Shown piece by piece: positions 7,920-17,509 of a stretch of 32,000 nt of DNA. This stretch comes from Desulfotalea psychrophila LSv54 (GTDB lineage: Bacteria; Desulfobacterota; Desulfobulbia; Desulfobulbales; Desulfocapsaceae). Position numbers and translations under genes: made by a program. Each line of letters begins with the position of its first letter. Within the stretch, counting starts at the first letter, position 1. Location: positions 900,001 through 932,000 of the forward strand of contig NC_006138.1 in the NCBI RefSeq assembly GCF_000025945.1, given 5' to 3'. The notes under the pieces are model-generated. The model was not told the origin of the DNA. It saw nothing but the letters and a program-made list of their open reading frames with translations, and made no database searches.

Positions 7920-10484
7920 CTAAGCCTTTTTCTTTATGGTTAACAGAGGACTTGCAATAAAGATAGAGGAGTAGGTTCCAACGATGATACCAATAAGCAG
8001 GGTAAAGGAAAAATCGTGAATTACCGGGCCACCCATAAGGAAAAGAACAAGGAGGACGAGAACCGTGGTCAGGGAAACAATAATTGTTCGACTGATAACC
8101 TGATTTACACTGTTGTTAATGATAGAGAAAAAAGAGTCGTGTTTATCGGCTTTTTGGGTGTTTTCTCGAATACGATCAAAGACAACAACGGAGTCATTAA
8201 GCGAGTAGCCTGCCAGGGTTAGCAGGGCCGTGACAATAAGCAGGGTGATCTCTATATTCATCAGCCAGCAAAGACCGAGTACCACTAAAACATCGTGGAA
8301 GGTTGCAGCGGCTGCCGCAAGTCCAAAACGAAAGTCAAATCGCAGGGCGAGGTAGAGAATAACACCAACCATGGATATGACGATGGCGAGGATTGCCTTG
8401 TCTCGTAATACGGCACTGACCGATGAACCGATTTCAGATTGGCTTTCAAGGGTGAAGGTCTTATCGGTTATTTTGCTACCGAGAATCTTATCAGCTTGTT
8501 CGCTCAAGTTGGCAACGGTCTCATCGGACTTTTTCAACTTGATCATGAGCTGATGTTCGTTCTCTACCTCCTGCAGGTTTGCTCCTTCAAGAGGGGTACC
8601 TTTGAAGGCATTACGTACTTCAGACATGGAAAAGTCACTGCTTACCTTGTACTGCAATAATGAACCACCGGAGAAATCAACACCAAGGTTGGCGGCACCA
8701 CGGCCAATTTGAATAACGGCAAAAAGGCCAATGATCACCATGACAGTAGATATGGTAAAGGAGATCTTACGCAGGCTGAGATAGTCAATTGATGGTCTCT
8801 TCACCAGCTCCATGAATTTCAGGGTCTTCATTGGTCTGATGGAGTTGATTGTTTCAAACATGGTGCGTGAAAAGAAGAGCGCTGTGAAGAGGTTGAAGAT
8901 AATACCCAGGGAGAGGGTAATGGCAAAACCTTTAATTGGGCCTGTTCCAAAGAGGAAGAGGGCCATTGCTGTAATAAGTGTTGTTACCTGGGAATCGACA
9001 ATGGTCCAGAAGGCCTTATCGAATCCTGCATTAATACTTGCCCGTACAGATTTTCCGAGGGTGTACTCATCACGCATTCGTTCAAAGATGAGGACGTTGG
9101 AATCGACGGCCATACCAATGGAGAGAATGATACCTGCAATGCCCGGTAGGGTAAGGGTGGCATTGAGAATGGCAAGCCCGGTGAAGAGGAGGAGGATATT
9201 GAGGAAGAGGGCTGTGTTGGCTATAACACCGGAGAGACGGTAGTAGATGGCCATGAAGATCAAGACCAACAGGGTGCCAAAGAGACCAGAGTAGAGACCC
9301 TTGTTAATAGAGTCCTGGCCAAGACTTGCGCCTACTGTGACATTTTGGATAATATCAACCGGTGCAGGCAGGGCTCCAACACGGAGGACAATGGCCAGAT
9401 CGGCCGCATCTTCGTGGCTGAAGGAGCCTGAAATTTGCGCGGACCCGCCGATAATTCGTTCCCTGATAACGGGGGCAGAGCGAACAACATTATCCAGGAC
9501 AATGGCCATTCTACGCCCAACATTCTGTTCGGTGATTTTGGCAAAGACTCGGCCGCCACGACCTGTCATGTCCAGACTGACATAGGGTTCGTTAAAGGTG
9601 CCGCCAATACGTACCTGGGCATCTTTGATCATGTCACCGGTCATCAAAACCTTGTTTTCAAGCAATAGGGGGGTGACGATCTCTTTGCCTGTTTTAGGGT
9701 CTATGTCTTTTTCAAAATAAATTGAAGTCCCTTCGGGCAGAAGAGATTCAATAGCGCGATTAAGCTTTACTGTATCCTCACCATCCTGCCACTTCTTTGT
9801 ATCCCGGGCCTGGTTGATGATCTGTCTGAGATTAACACCTGGGGTGTCGGAAACTACTTTAAATTCAAGTTGAGCTGTATCGCCGAGGAGTTTAAGTGCT
9901 CGTTTTGGATCCTTGACCCCGGGAAGTTGGATGACGATCTCATCGTTGCCCTGGCGGATGATAACAGGTTCGGCAACACCAAATTGATCGATACGGTTTC
10001 TGATGATCTCAAGAGACTGGTTGACGGCATTATCGTAAATAAAATCTTTCTTCTCTTGGGTGAGAGTAAGGGCTATGCGGGGAAAAGAGCCCTCCTTGTT
10101 ATCAATGCGAACATTGATGTTAGGGAATTCACTGTCGATGATAGTTTTTACTTTGCCTATTGCGCTGGCGTTGGGCAGGGTGAAGACAATGGTGTCTGCT
10201 TGGCCCGAGGGGGTGCGTACGGCACTTATAGACTCTTCTGCCAGGGTGTCCTTGAGGTCGTTGGCTGCAAACTGGAGGGCATTTTCTTCAGCCTTGGGCA
10301 GGTTGACCTTGAGGACGAGATGCATGCCACCCTGAAGATCAAGTCCTAACCTCAGTCCTTCAGGTGCCATATATTTCTTCCACCAATCAGGCGTTGAAGA
10401 ATAGAAGGAGGGCATGAGCGTGATACCAGACATGCAGACCAGGCAAAAAAGGAGGACAAGTTTAATTTTTAATTTCGATTTCAT
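7920..10484 (-). CDS. secDF: Fused protein-export membrane protein SecDF
   Basis: A SecD-type periplasmic domain and 6 TM segments are followed by a SecF-type half (...GVDFSGGSLLQYK..., ...AATFHDVLVVLG...) in one ORF. Start is taken at ATG 10482-10484 (MKSKLKIKLVLLF, AAGG upstream). The alternative ATG at 10523 lacks an SD. Confidence 0.9.
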   Translation of the reverse strand: MKSKLKIKLVLLFCLVCMSGITLMPSFYSSTPDWWKKYMAPEGLRLGLDLQGGMHLVLKVNLPKAEENALQFAANDLKDTLAEESISAVRTPSGQADTIVFTLPNASAIGKVKTIIDSEFPNINVRIDNKEGSFPRIALTLTQEKKDFIYDNAVNQSLEIIRNRIDQFGVAEPVIIRQGNDEIVIQLPGVKDPKRALKLLGDTAQLEFKVVSDTPGVNLRQIINQARDTKKWQDGEDTVKLNRAIESLLPEGTSIYFEKDIDPKTGKEIVTPLLLENKVLMTGDMIKDAQVRIGGTFNEPYVSLDMTGRGGRVFAKITEQNVGRRMAIVLDNVVRSAPVIRERIIGGSAQISGSFSHEDAADLAIVLRVGALPAPVDIIQNVTVGASLGQDSINKGLYSGLFGTLLVLIFMAIYYRLSGVIANTALFLNILLLFTGLAILNATLTLPGIAGIILSIGMAVDSNVLIFERMRDEYTLGKSVRASINAGFDKAFWTIVDSQVTTLITAMALFLFGTGPIKGFAITLSLGIIFNLFTALFFSRTMFETINSIRPMKTLKFMELVKRPSIDYLSLRKISFTISTVMVIIGLFAVIQIGRGAANLGVDFSGGSLLQYKVSSDFSMSEVRNAFKGTPLEGANLQEVENEHQLMIKLKKSDETVANLSEQADKILGSKITDKTFTLESQSEIGSSVSAVLRDKAILAIVISMVGVILYLALRFDFRFGLAAAAATFHDVLVVLGLCWLMNIEITLLIVTALLTLAGYSLNDSVVVFDRIRENTQKADKHDSFFSIINNSVNQVISRTIIVSLTTVLVLLVLFLMGGPVIHDFSFTLLIGIIVGTYSSIFIASPLLTIKKKA

Positions 10485-10627
10485 CGGTAACCTTGCGGAT
10501 TTCTTTTTTATATTTGGCGTCATGCATAAGTGAAAGAAACCACTTATACCTTGTCATACCATGGGGGGTATGCGCAACAGGCACGCAACAATAATGAGCG
10601 ATCTAGAATGATTCTCCAAACCTTACG

Positions 10628-10655
10628 ATTATACTCTAAAGCCTAAATCTTGCAA
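10628..10655 (-). promoter_or_regulatory. Candidate sigma70 promoter for secDF
   Basis: The minus strand reads TTGCAA, 16-nt spacer, TATAAT, about 125-165 nt upstream of the candidate secDF starts. Confidence 0.4.
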
Positions 10656-10784
10656 GTTTATGACTAAAAAATATCGAGAGAAACTGTGCCCTTGGGATTT
10701 TGTTTCTGAGGTGTTTGAGGGAAAATGGGAAATGACCAGACAGGACAAAGCTTATCTGTCTGTTTCTCCGTGGTAAAGAGGCGG

Positions 10785-11549
<765 letters not shown>

Positions 11550-11607
11550 GGTGTGCTCTTATCGTGTGGAGAAGGGTTCTGGTGGATGAGTCCAGTCATT
11601 GCCTTAA

Positions 11608-11642
11608 GAGAAGAGGGGGCGGCTTAGGCCCCCCCTCCTCTC
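11608..11642 (-). terminator. Possible terminator hairpin downstream of bamD
   Basis: Imperfect GC-rich inverted repeat GAGAAGAGGGGGC...GCCCCCCCTCCTCTC. The U-tract on the minus strand is weak. Confidence 0.35.
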
Positions 11643-11666
11643 AGACTGGCTTTGTCGTAGGAGTCT

Positions 11667-12464
11667 TTAGCGATTGGGCTCGGTGTTAATCGTATTGTCC
11701 TCATCGTCGGCGACCTTAGTCCAATCGGGCAACTTAAAGTCAGGAAACCAAGAGAAAAGAGGGCGACGCGGTGGATTGCCAGCCTGTATTTCTGCCAGAA
11801 TCTTCTCTGCCTTGGGGATTACATTGGTATTTGGGTAGGCGGTGATAAGGTATTCCAAGCGGGTCTCTGCCTGTTCGTATTTTTCTGTTCTCAGATAAAA
11901 TTCAATGACGGCAAATTCATGATCTGCCAGGAATGAAATTGCCTCTGCAATATTTTTTCTGGCGTTGGTAGTATAGGGCGAATTGGGGAATGCCCTGAGT
12001 AGTTGGCTGAAGAAATCGACAGCCCTGCGGGCAACAATGGGGTCCCGGTCAATACGATCAATTTGTTTGTAATTAGACATGCCCTTTTGGTACATGACGT
12101 AGGGAATCGCCTCATTAGTTGGGTGACGATCCTCAAAATCCTGATATTGAGCAAGGGCTTCGGGGTATTTATCCATATAGTAATTACAGTCGGCAGCCTT
12201 GAGCTCTGCAAGTGGGGCTTCGGGGCTAAATGGGTATTTTTCAAGAATTTCTTGAAAATAGGAGATAGCGCCAAAATATTTTCCGACATTGTAATCTTCC
12301 ATACCTTTTATGATCAGGTCGTTAGCAGGAAATTCAAGGTCAGGTTTTTCGTAGGTGATATCAAACATTGATTTCATGTCGGCGCAACCACCTAGAAGAG
12401 ACATGGCAATGATAATGATGGCAAAGCTGTGCAGAGATTTTCTCACAAAATGTATTCCGTTCAT
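11667..12464 (-). CDS. bamD: Outer-membrane protein assembly factor BamD (YfiO-like TPR lipoprotein)
   Basis: Lipoprotein signal with lipobox LLGGC, then TPR-like repeats. Length (265 aa) and layout are typical of BamD. Confidence 0.8.
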   Translation of the reverse strand: MNGIHFVRKSLHSFAIIIIAMSLLGGCADMKSMFDITYEKPDLEFPANDLIIKGMEDYNVGKYFGAISYFQEILEKYPFSPEAPLAELKAADCNYYMDKYPEALAQYQDFEDRHPTNEAIPYVMYQKGMSNYKQIDRIDRDPIVARRAVDFFSQLLRAFPNSPYTTNARKNIAEAISFLADHEFAVIEFYLRTEKYEQAETRLEYLITAYPNTNVIPKAEKILAEIQAGNPPRRPLFSWFPDFKLPDWTKVADDEDNTINTEPNR

Positions 12465-12545
12465 TTTTTATTCCAAGAGGGATTGGTCTATGATGGCTGT
12501 TTTCGTCTTCCGGCGATCAGGCTACTTGCAGGAAGACGAAAAGAA

Positions 12546-13481
12546 TCACTTGAGGTTGTTGAGGTATTCTTCGGCAGCCAGTACAGCTACAGCACCTTCA
12601 CCCGCCGCGTTAATTACCTGACGGACATCTTTGCTAATGATATCTCCTGCTGCCATAACACCGGGAACCGATGTACGGGTCTCGATGTCAACGGGGATAA
12701 AACCCCATTTGTCGGCCTGTAGCTTTTCAAGGGGCAGGCAGCTGTTTAGGGGAGTAATACCCACAAAAATGAAGATGCCATGGGCATTAAGGGTTGATTT
12801 ATTACCATCTTTATCGATCAGCTGGATTCTTTCAACACCGTTTTCGCCTTCAATGGCCGTCACTTGAGAGTTCCAGATGAACTCAAGTTTCTCATTGGCC
12901 AGGGCAGATTCCTGCAGGACCTTTGTCGCCCGTAGTTCTTCGCGCCTGTGGATAACCGTTACCTTGCTAGCAAACTTTGTCAGATATTCAGCCTCCTGAA
13001 TTGCGGTGTTTCCACCACCAACAACGGCAACCTCCATATTTCTGTAAAACGGCGCATCGCATGTGCCACAATAGGAGACACCCTTGCCTCGCATCTCTTC
13101 TTCTCCAGGCACCTTGAGGGAATTTGCCCGGGCACCGGTACAGATGACCAAGGTGTCGAAGGTAATTGTCTGGCCATTATCGAGTTTGAGGGATTTTTTC
13201 TTTGGATCATCGAGGTTGACGGAGAGGACCTCCGCCATAAGGCTGTTGAGATCAAATCTCTTGGCCTGGGCAGACATCTTTTCAATAAGATCAAAGCCGG
13301 AAATTCCGTCGGGAAAGCCAGGGTAGTTATCAATCCAGTCGGTAAGAAGTACCTGTCCGCCGTGTGCACCTCGTTCAATCAGCACATGGTTAAGGCGAGC
13401 CCGGGCTGCGTAGAGTCCTGCGGATAAACCAGCTGGCCCGCCGCCGAGTATTACCAATTCGTAATGTGTAGTTTGTTCCAT
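12546..13481 (-). CDS. trxB: Thioredoxin-disulfide reductase (low-Mr type)
   Basis: FAD motif ILGGGPAG, redox centre CGTCDAPF (canonical CATCDG), NADPH motif VVGGGNTA...HRREELRA. Confidence 0.95.
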   Translation of the reverse strand: MEQTTHYELVILGGGPAGLSAGLYAARARLNHVLIERGAHGGQVLLTDWIDNYPGFPDGISGFDLIEKMSAQAKRFDLNSLMAEVLSVNLDDPKKKSLKLDNGQTITFDTLVICTGARANSLKVPGEEEMRGKGVSYCGTCDAPFYRNMEVAVVGGGNTAIQEAEYLTKFASKVTVIHRREELRATKVLQESALANEKLEFIWNSQVTAIEGENGVERIQLIDKDGNKSTLNAHGIFIFVGITPLNSCLPLEKLQADKWGFIPVDIETRTSVPGVMAAGDIISKDVRQVINAAGEGAVAVLAAEEYLNNLK

Positions 13482-13499
13482 AGGAAAATCACTTGCTAA

Positions 13500-13553
13500 A
13501 GGAAAAAGAACATCTCTGTCCTGGGCAGAGGATTACCTTTGTTCAGGACAGAG
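13500..13553 (-). terminator. Hairpin between trxA and trxB (terminator or attenuator)
   Basis: Perfect 10-bp stem CTCTGTCCTG (13514-13523) / CAGGACAGAG (13544-13553). On the minus strand it is followed by AUGUUCUUUUUCC. Confidence 0.5.
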
Positions 13554-13567
13554 TGAATAAATGGATT

Positions 13568-13894
13568 TTATAGAGCCTTGTTGCAGAGATCAACCAACTG
13601 TGTTTTACCAACTGCGCCGGTGAGCTGATCTATGGCCTCGCCATCTTTGAAGAGAATGATGGTTGGGATTGCCCTAATGCCATATTTGCCAGGAGTGTTA
13701 GGGTTGTCATCAACGTTCATCTTGGCAATGGTGACTTTTCCATCAAATTCGTTAGCGAGGTCTTCAATGACAGGGCCAATTGCCTTGCAGGGACCACACC
13801 ATGGGGCCCAAAAATCAACCAAAGTTGGTTGGCCTGAGCTGATTAATGTATCAAAATCTCCATCATTAACCTGCTGGACTTTTTCTGATGCCAT
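13568..13894 (-). CDS. trxA: Thioredoxin
   Basis: 108 aa with the WAPWCGPCK active site. Confidence 0.97.
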   Translation of the reverse strand: MASEKVQQVNDGDFDTLISSGQPTLVDFWAPWCGPCKAIGPVIEDLANEFDGKVTIAKMNVDDNPNTPGKYGIRAIPTIILFKDGEAIDQLTGAVGKTQLVDLCNKAL

Positions 13895-14229
13895 TGTGTT
13901 CTCCTTGTTTTGGTTAAATGAGTGTGTGTAATTTTTATATAAAAAGCTGAAATATTAAAAATATAGACGATTTTACCTTTTCATCCTTTCTCTTACAAGT
14001 AAATAGTGAAGAGCTGAAATAGGCAAGTAATTGTGAAAGTTTGTGCTTTATTTTTAACCCTGTACAAATTCCTACCCTGCTCATTCTTGACAAGAAAATC
14101 AAGTGCAGGGCCTGGAGTAAAAGAAAAAACTGTGGCGTGATATGTTGAGCGTTGTATTTTGTCCTAAAGTTTTTTAATTCAAAAGAATAAAAATTCCGTG
14201 TCCTTTTTTGGGTATGGTGAGGAGATAGT

Positions 14230-15522
14230 ATGGAGTCGTTGAAATCAAAAAAATTATTTGCAGAAGCCAAAAAAGTTATCCCCGGTGGGGTAAACAGTCC
14301 TGTTCGAGCCTGTCTCTCTGTTGGTTGTGACCCACTCTTTATAGAGCGCGCCGAGGGGAGTTATATTTACGATGCTGATGGGCAAAAGTACCTTGATTTT
14401 GTCAACTCCTGGGGGCCAATGATCATGGGGCATGCCCATCCGGATATAATCAAAGCCATACAGGATGCGGCGGTGTATGGCACCAGTTATGGTGCCCCGA
14501 CCAGTTCTGAGGTTGATCTCGCCTCCATGGTTGTTGAGGCTGTGCCGTCCATTGAGAAGGTGCGTTTTGTCAGCTCTGGTACCGAGGCGACCATGAGTGC
14601 GGTTCGCCTTGCCCGTGGCTATACAGGTAAAAATGTTATTGTTAAATTTGATGGCTGTTATCATGGTCATGCCGATTCTTTTTTAGTTAAGGCCGGTTCC
14701 GGTGTCCTGACCCTTGGTATTCCCGGTAGTCCCGGTGTGCCAGAGGATATTGTTAAAAACACCATCTCAATTCCCTACAATAGTGTTGAGGCCCTGGAGA
14801 CAACCCTGCGTGATGCCGATTTGAATATTGCCTGTGTTATAGTTGAACCTGTTGCCGGCAATATGGGTTGTGTGCCGCCAGCTCCGGGATTTCTGCAAAA
14901 ACTGCGAGAAATTACCGCAGAAGAGGGCATTGTTTTGATCTTTGACGAGGTTATCACAGGCTTTAGACTCTCCTACGGTGGTGCTCAACAATATTATGGG
15001 GTTACTCCGGATTTGACCTGTCTCGGTAAGATTATTGGCGGAGGCCTGCCCGTTGGTGCCTATGGTGGTAAGGCCGATATTATGAACAGTGTTGCCCCAG
15101 ACGGTCCTGTCTATCAGGCGGGCACACTCTCGGGAAATCCTCTTGCCATGGCTGCTGGTAAGGCTGCTCTGAAGTTGCTTCAGCAGGATGGATTCTATGA
15201 GGACTTGAACCAAAAATCCGCGGCCTATGCCGATGGTTTGCTTGAGGTGGCCGGGAGAGTTGGGCTACCTATGCAACTTAATCGGGTAGGTTCAGTGATG
15301 ACCTCATTTTTTACTGCGACGCCTGTCACTGACTTTGAAACAGCAATGAAGGCAGATACCGGACTTTATGGAAGGCACTACAGGCAGATGCTTGATTCAG
15401 GTATTTACCTTGCCCCGTCTCAATTTGAGTGCTCTTTCATGTCAAGCACTCATAGCGATGCAGATCTAAAAAGAGCGCTATTAGAGACAGAAAAGTCATT
15501 TTCTCTATTGAAAAATGCATGA
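14230..15522 (+). CDS. hemL: Glutamate-1-semialdehyde 2,1-aminomutase
   Basis: 430 aa. Typical N-terminus ...AKKVIPGGVNSPVRA..., class-III aminotransferase fold, PLP-lysine region GKIIGGGLPVGAYGG. Confidence 0.96.
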   Translation: MESLKSKKLFAEAKKVIPGGVNSPVRACLSVGCDPLFIERAEGSYIYDADGQKYLDFVNSWGPMIMGHAHPDIIKAIQDAAVYGTSYGAPTSSEVDLASMVVEAVPSIEKVRFVSSGTEATMSAVRLARGYTGKNVIVKFDGCYHGHADSFLVKAGSGVLTLGIPGSPGVPEDIVKNTISIPYNSVEALETTLRDADLNIACVIVEPVAGNMGCVPPAPGFLQKLREITAEEGIVLIFDEVITGFRLSYGGAQQYYGVTPDLTCLGKIIGGGLPVGAYGGKADIMNSVAPDGPVYQAGTLSGNPLAMAAGKAALKLLQQDGFYEDLNQKSAAYADGLLEVAGRVGLPMQLNRVGSVMTSFFTATPVTDFETAMKADTGLYGRHYRQMLDSGIYLAPSQFECSFMSSTHSDADLKRALLETEKSFSLLKNA

Positions 15523-15602
15523 AAAATCATTGACTTTCAATAGGGGCCATGGTAGGAAAAAGTTCTATAGAAAAAATCTATACCTCTTTAGGAGGTGGAT
15601 CA

Positions 15603-15845
15603 ATGTCTAACGCAAAAAATGAGTTTGTTCAGTTGCTTGCAAACTACGGTCATGTGGGTTTTACCTTTGTCGCTTGTATTGTTCTTGGTTTTGGTGGTGG
15701 AATACTGCTTGATCAAAAGGTTTTTGACGGCAGAACTGCGCCTTGGTTCACCTTTATCGGCTTAGCCTTTGGTATTGTCGCAGGATACAAAACCCTACTG
15801 GAAGTCCTCTTTAAAAATAATAAAGAAGCAAATAAAAATGATTAA
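15603..15845 (+). CDS. atpZ: AtpZ/AtpR-type small membrane protein of the ATP synthase operon (ATPase_gene1 family)
   Basis: Two hydrophobic helices (GFTFVACIVLGFGGGILLD, FTFIGLAFGIVAGY) directly upstream of atpI-atpB-atpE. The ATG at 15603 has AGGAGG upstream. Confidence 0.7.
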   Translation: MSNAKNEFVQLLANYGHVGFTFVACIVLGFGGGILLDQKVFDGRTAPWFTFIGLAFGIVAGYKTLLEVLFKNNKEANKND

Positions 15846-15855
15846 GAGGGTTTGA

Positions 15856-16278
15856 GTGGTTGACGATTTAGCAAATTTGCAAAAAATGCAGGTAACGAGT
15901 TGGCTGTGTTTGGCTGTGATGACCATAGGGTCTGCTTTTGCGTTTTCTCTCTCTTTTGCGTTGTCTGTTTTTGTTGGTGGTGTTATATCCATCCTCAGTT
16001 TTTGGGCCTCGCACACAGACGTTGTTAGGTTTGTGACGGCGTTGACAGAGACTTCTGACCCGGAACAACGTAAAGAGAGGGCCAAGAAGGGCAAGGGTGG
16101 TTACTTGCTTAAGTTTTGGATACGAATTGCAATTATAGGTGTTATCTTGCTTCTGCTCATTAAAAGCGGAGAGATTAACATCTTTGGACTAATTTTGGGT
16201 TTGTCAACGGTAGTGTTTACGATCACGATTACCGCGGTAAATGTGGTTATGCACTATTTCTTCAGCGGAAGGAGGTAA
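15856..16278 (+). CDS. atpI: ATP synthase protein I
   Basis: 140-aa four-helix hydrophobic protein located between atpZ and atpB. The GTG start at 15856 has AGAGGG upstream; ATG 15886 is an alternative. Confidence 0.7.
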   Translation: MVDDLANLQKMQVTSWLCLAVMTIGSAFAFSLSFALSVFVGGVISILSFWASHTDVVRFVTALTETSDPEQRKERAKKGKGGYLLKFWIRIAIIGVILLLLIKSGEINIFGLILGLSTVVFTITITAVNVVMHYFFSGRR

Positions 16279-16286
16279 AAGGAGTT

Positions 16287-17009
16287 ATGGAACATCCGAT
16301 ACTGTTCATTTCAATTATTTTGGAAAAGTTGGGATTGCCTGTGCCACATGGCCCTGTTGGTCAGACGTTTCTAGAAAAAATGTGTGAACCATACATGACT
16401 TACACATGGCTTGTTATGGCGTTCCTGTTTTTGGTGTCTAAGTTTACCCTGGGTAATTTAGAAATTATTCCAGGAAAAGGGCAGAATTTTTGGGAAATGA
16501 TTATTGGTGGTATGGATGATTTCTTTGCCGATAATATGGGCAGGGAGATGGCAGATAAGTTTTTTCCAATGATAGCTACCTTTGCCCTCTATATTGCAGT
16601 TGCCAACCTCATTGGTCTGATTCCAGGATTTATGTCTCCCACTGCCAGTATTAACACCACCCTGGCGTTGACTCTTATTGTCTGGGCTACCCATCATGTC
16701 ATCGGTTTTAAAGAGCATGGTCTTGGTTATTATAAGCATTTTATCGGGCCCATGAAGTGGTTGGTTCCTCTTATGCTACCCATTGAGCTTATCAGTAACT
16801 TTGCAAGACTTCTTTCTCTCTCCATTCGTCTCTTCGGTAATATTATGGCGAAGGAAGTATTGCTTGGTATCCTCTTTGGACTTGCAGGTATGTTCTTTGC
16901 TCCACTGCCAATTATGGTACTTGGTGTTTTGGTATCGCTTGTCCAGGCAATGGTTTTCGTACTCTTGACAGTTGTATATTTTGCTCAGGCGCAAGAGCAC
17001 GCGCATTGA
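16287..17009 (+). CDS. atpB: F0F1 ATP synthase subunit a
   Basis: Conserved helix-4 region LSLSIRLFGNIMAKE with the essential Arg; strong SD GGAAGGAGG. Confidence 0.95.
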   Translation: MEHPILFISIILEKLGLPVPHGPVGQTFLEKMCEPYMTYTWLVMAFLFLVSKFTLGNLEIIPGKGQNFWEMIIGGMDDFFADNMGREMADKFFPMIATFALYIAVANLIGLIPGFMSPTASINTTLALTLIVWATHHVIGFKEHGLGYYKHFIGPMKWLVPLMLPIELISNFARLLSLSIRLFGNIMAKEVLLGILFGLAGMFFAPLPIMVLGVLVSLVQAMVFVLLTVVYFAQAQEHAH

Positions 17010-17106
17010 TAATAAAACGAAGATAATTTCTCTCAATAGGTGAGAGAAACACTTTAGCAGTATAAATAGAAGAAGGCCAAAAAAACTATTTTAAAGGAGA
17101 ATAAAC

Positions 17107-17358
17107 ATGGAAGGTAACATTCAACTCGCTCTTATTTGTGTAGGTGCTGCTCTCTCTATTGGACTTGCCGGTCTGGGTGCTGGTATCGGTATTGGTTCCG
17201 TTGGACAGGGCGCTTGTATGGGTCTTGCACGTAACCCAGAAGTTCAGCCTAAATTGATGGTTTTCATGATTCTCGGTATGGCTCTTGCTGAGTCTATTGC
17301 TATTTACGGACTCGTTATTTCTTTGATTCTTCTCTATGCTAACCCTCTTTTGGGATAG
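17107..17358 (+). CDS. atpE: F0F1 ATP synthase subunit c
   Basis: 83-aa hairpin proteolipid with a GxGxGxG helix 1, polar loop ARNPE and the carboxylate in MALAESIAIYGLV. Confidence 0.95.
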   Translation: MEGNIQLALICVGAALSIGLAGLGAGIGIGSVGQGACMGLARNPEVQPKLMVFMILGMALAESIAIYGLVISLILLYANPLLG

Positions 17359-17390
17359 TCTGAGCGAAATAAGGTCGATTGAGACTGTTG

Positions 17391-17429
17391 AGGGAGTGTG
17401 GGTTTTTTTACCTGCACTCCCTTTTTTTG
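17391..17429 (+). terminator. Rho-independent terminator after atpE
   Basis: Stem AGGGAGTGTGGG / CCTGCACTCCCT followed by T7. Confidence 0.8.
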
Positions 17430-17509
17430 TTTGTTGTACATTGGGATAATCGTGCTTAAATATTTTCTGTCTTTTTGTTTAAGCTAATATCTCTTAAGGG
17501 GAGTATACG

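Noticed and set aside
12546-13481. Atypical thioredoxin reductase redox motif CGTCDAPF instead of CATCDGFF.
   Set aside because: The CxxC dithiol and the FAD/NADPH motifs are intact, so this is a conservative family variant and not evidence for altered function.
13935-14270. 111-aa minus-strand ORF in the trxA-hemL spacer.
   Set aside because: It lies in an AT-rich promoter region and overlaps the hemL start. The translation is Phe/Leu/Ile/Lys-rich with no start context, so it is most likely non-coding.
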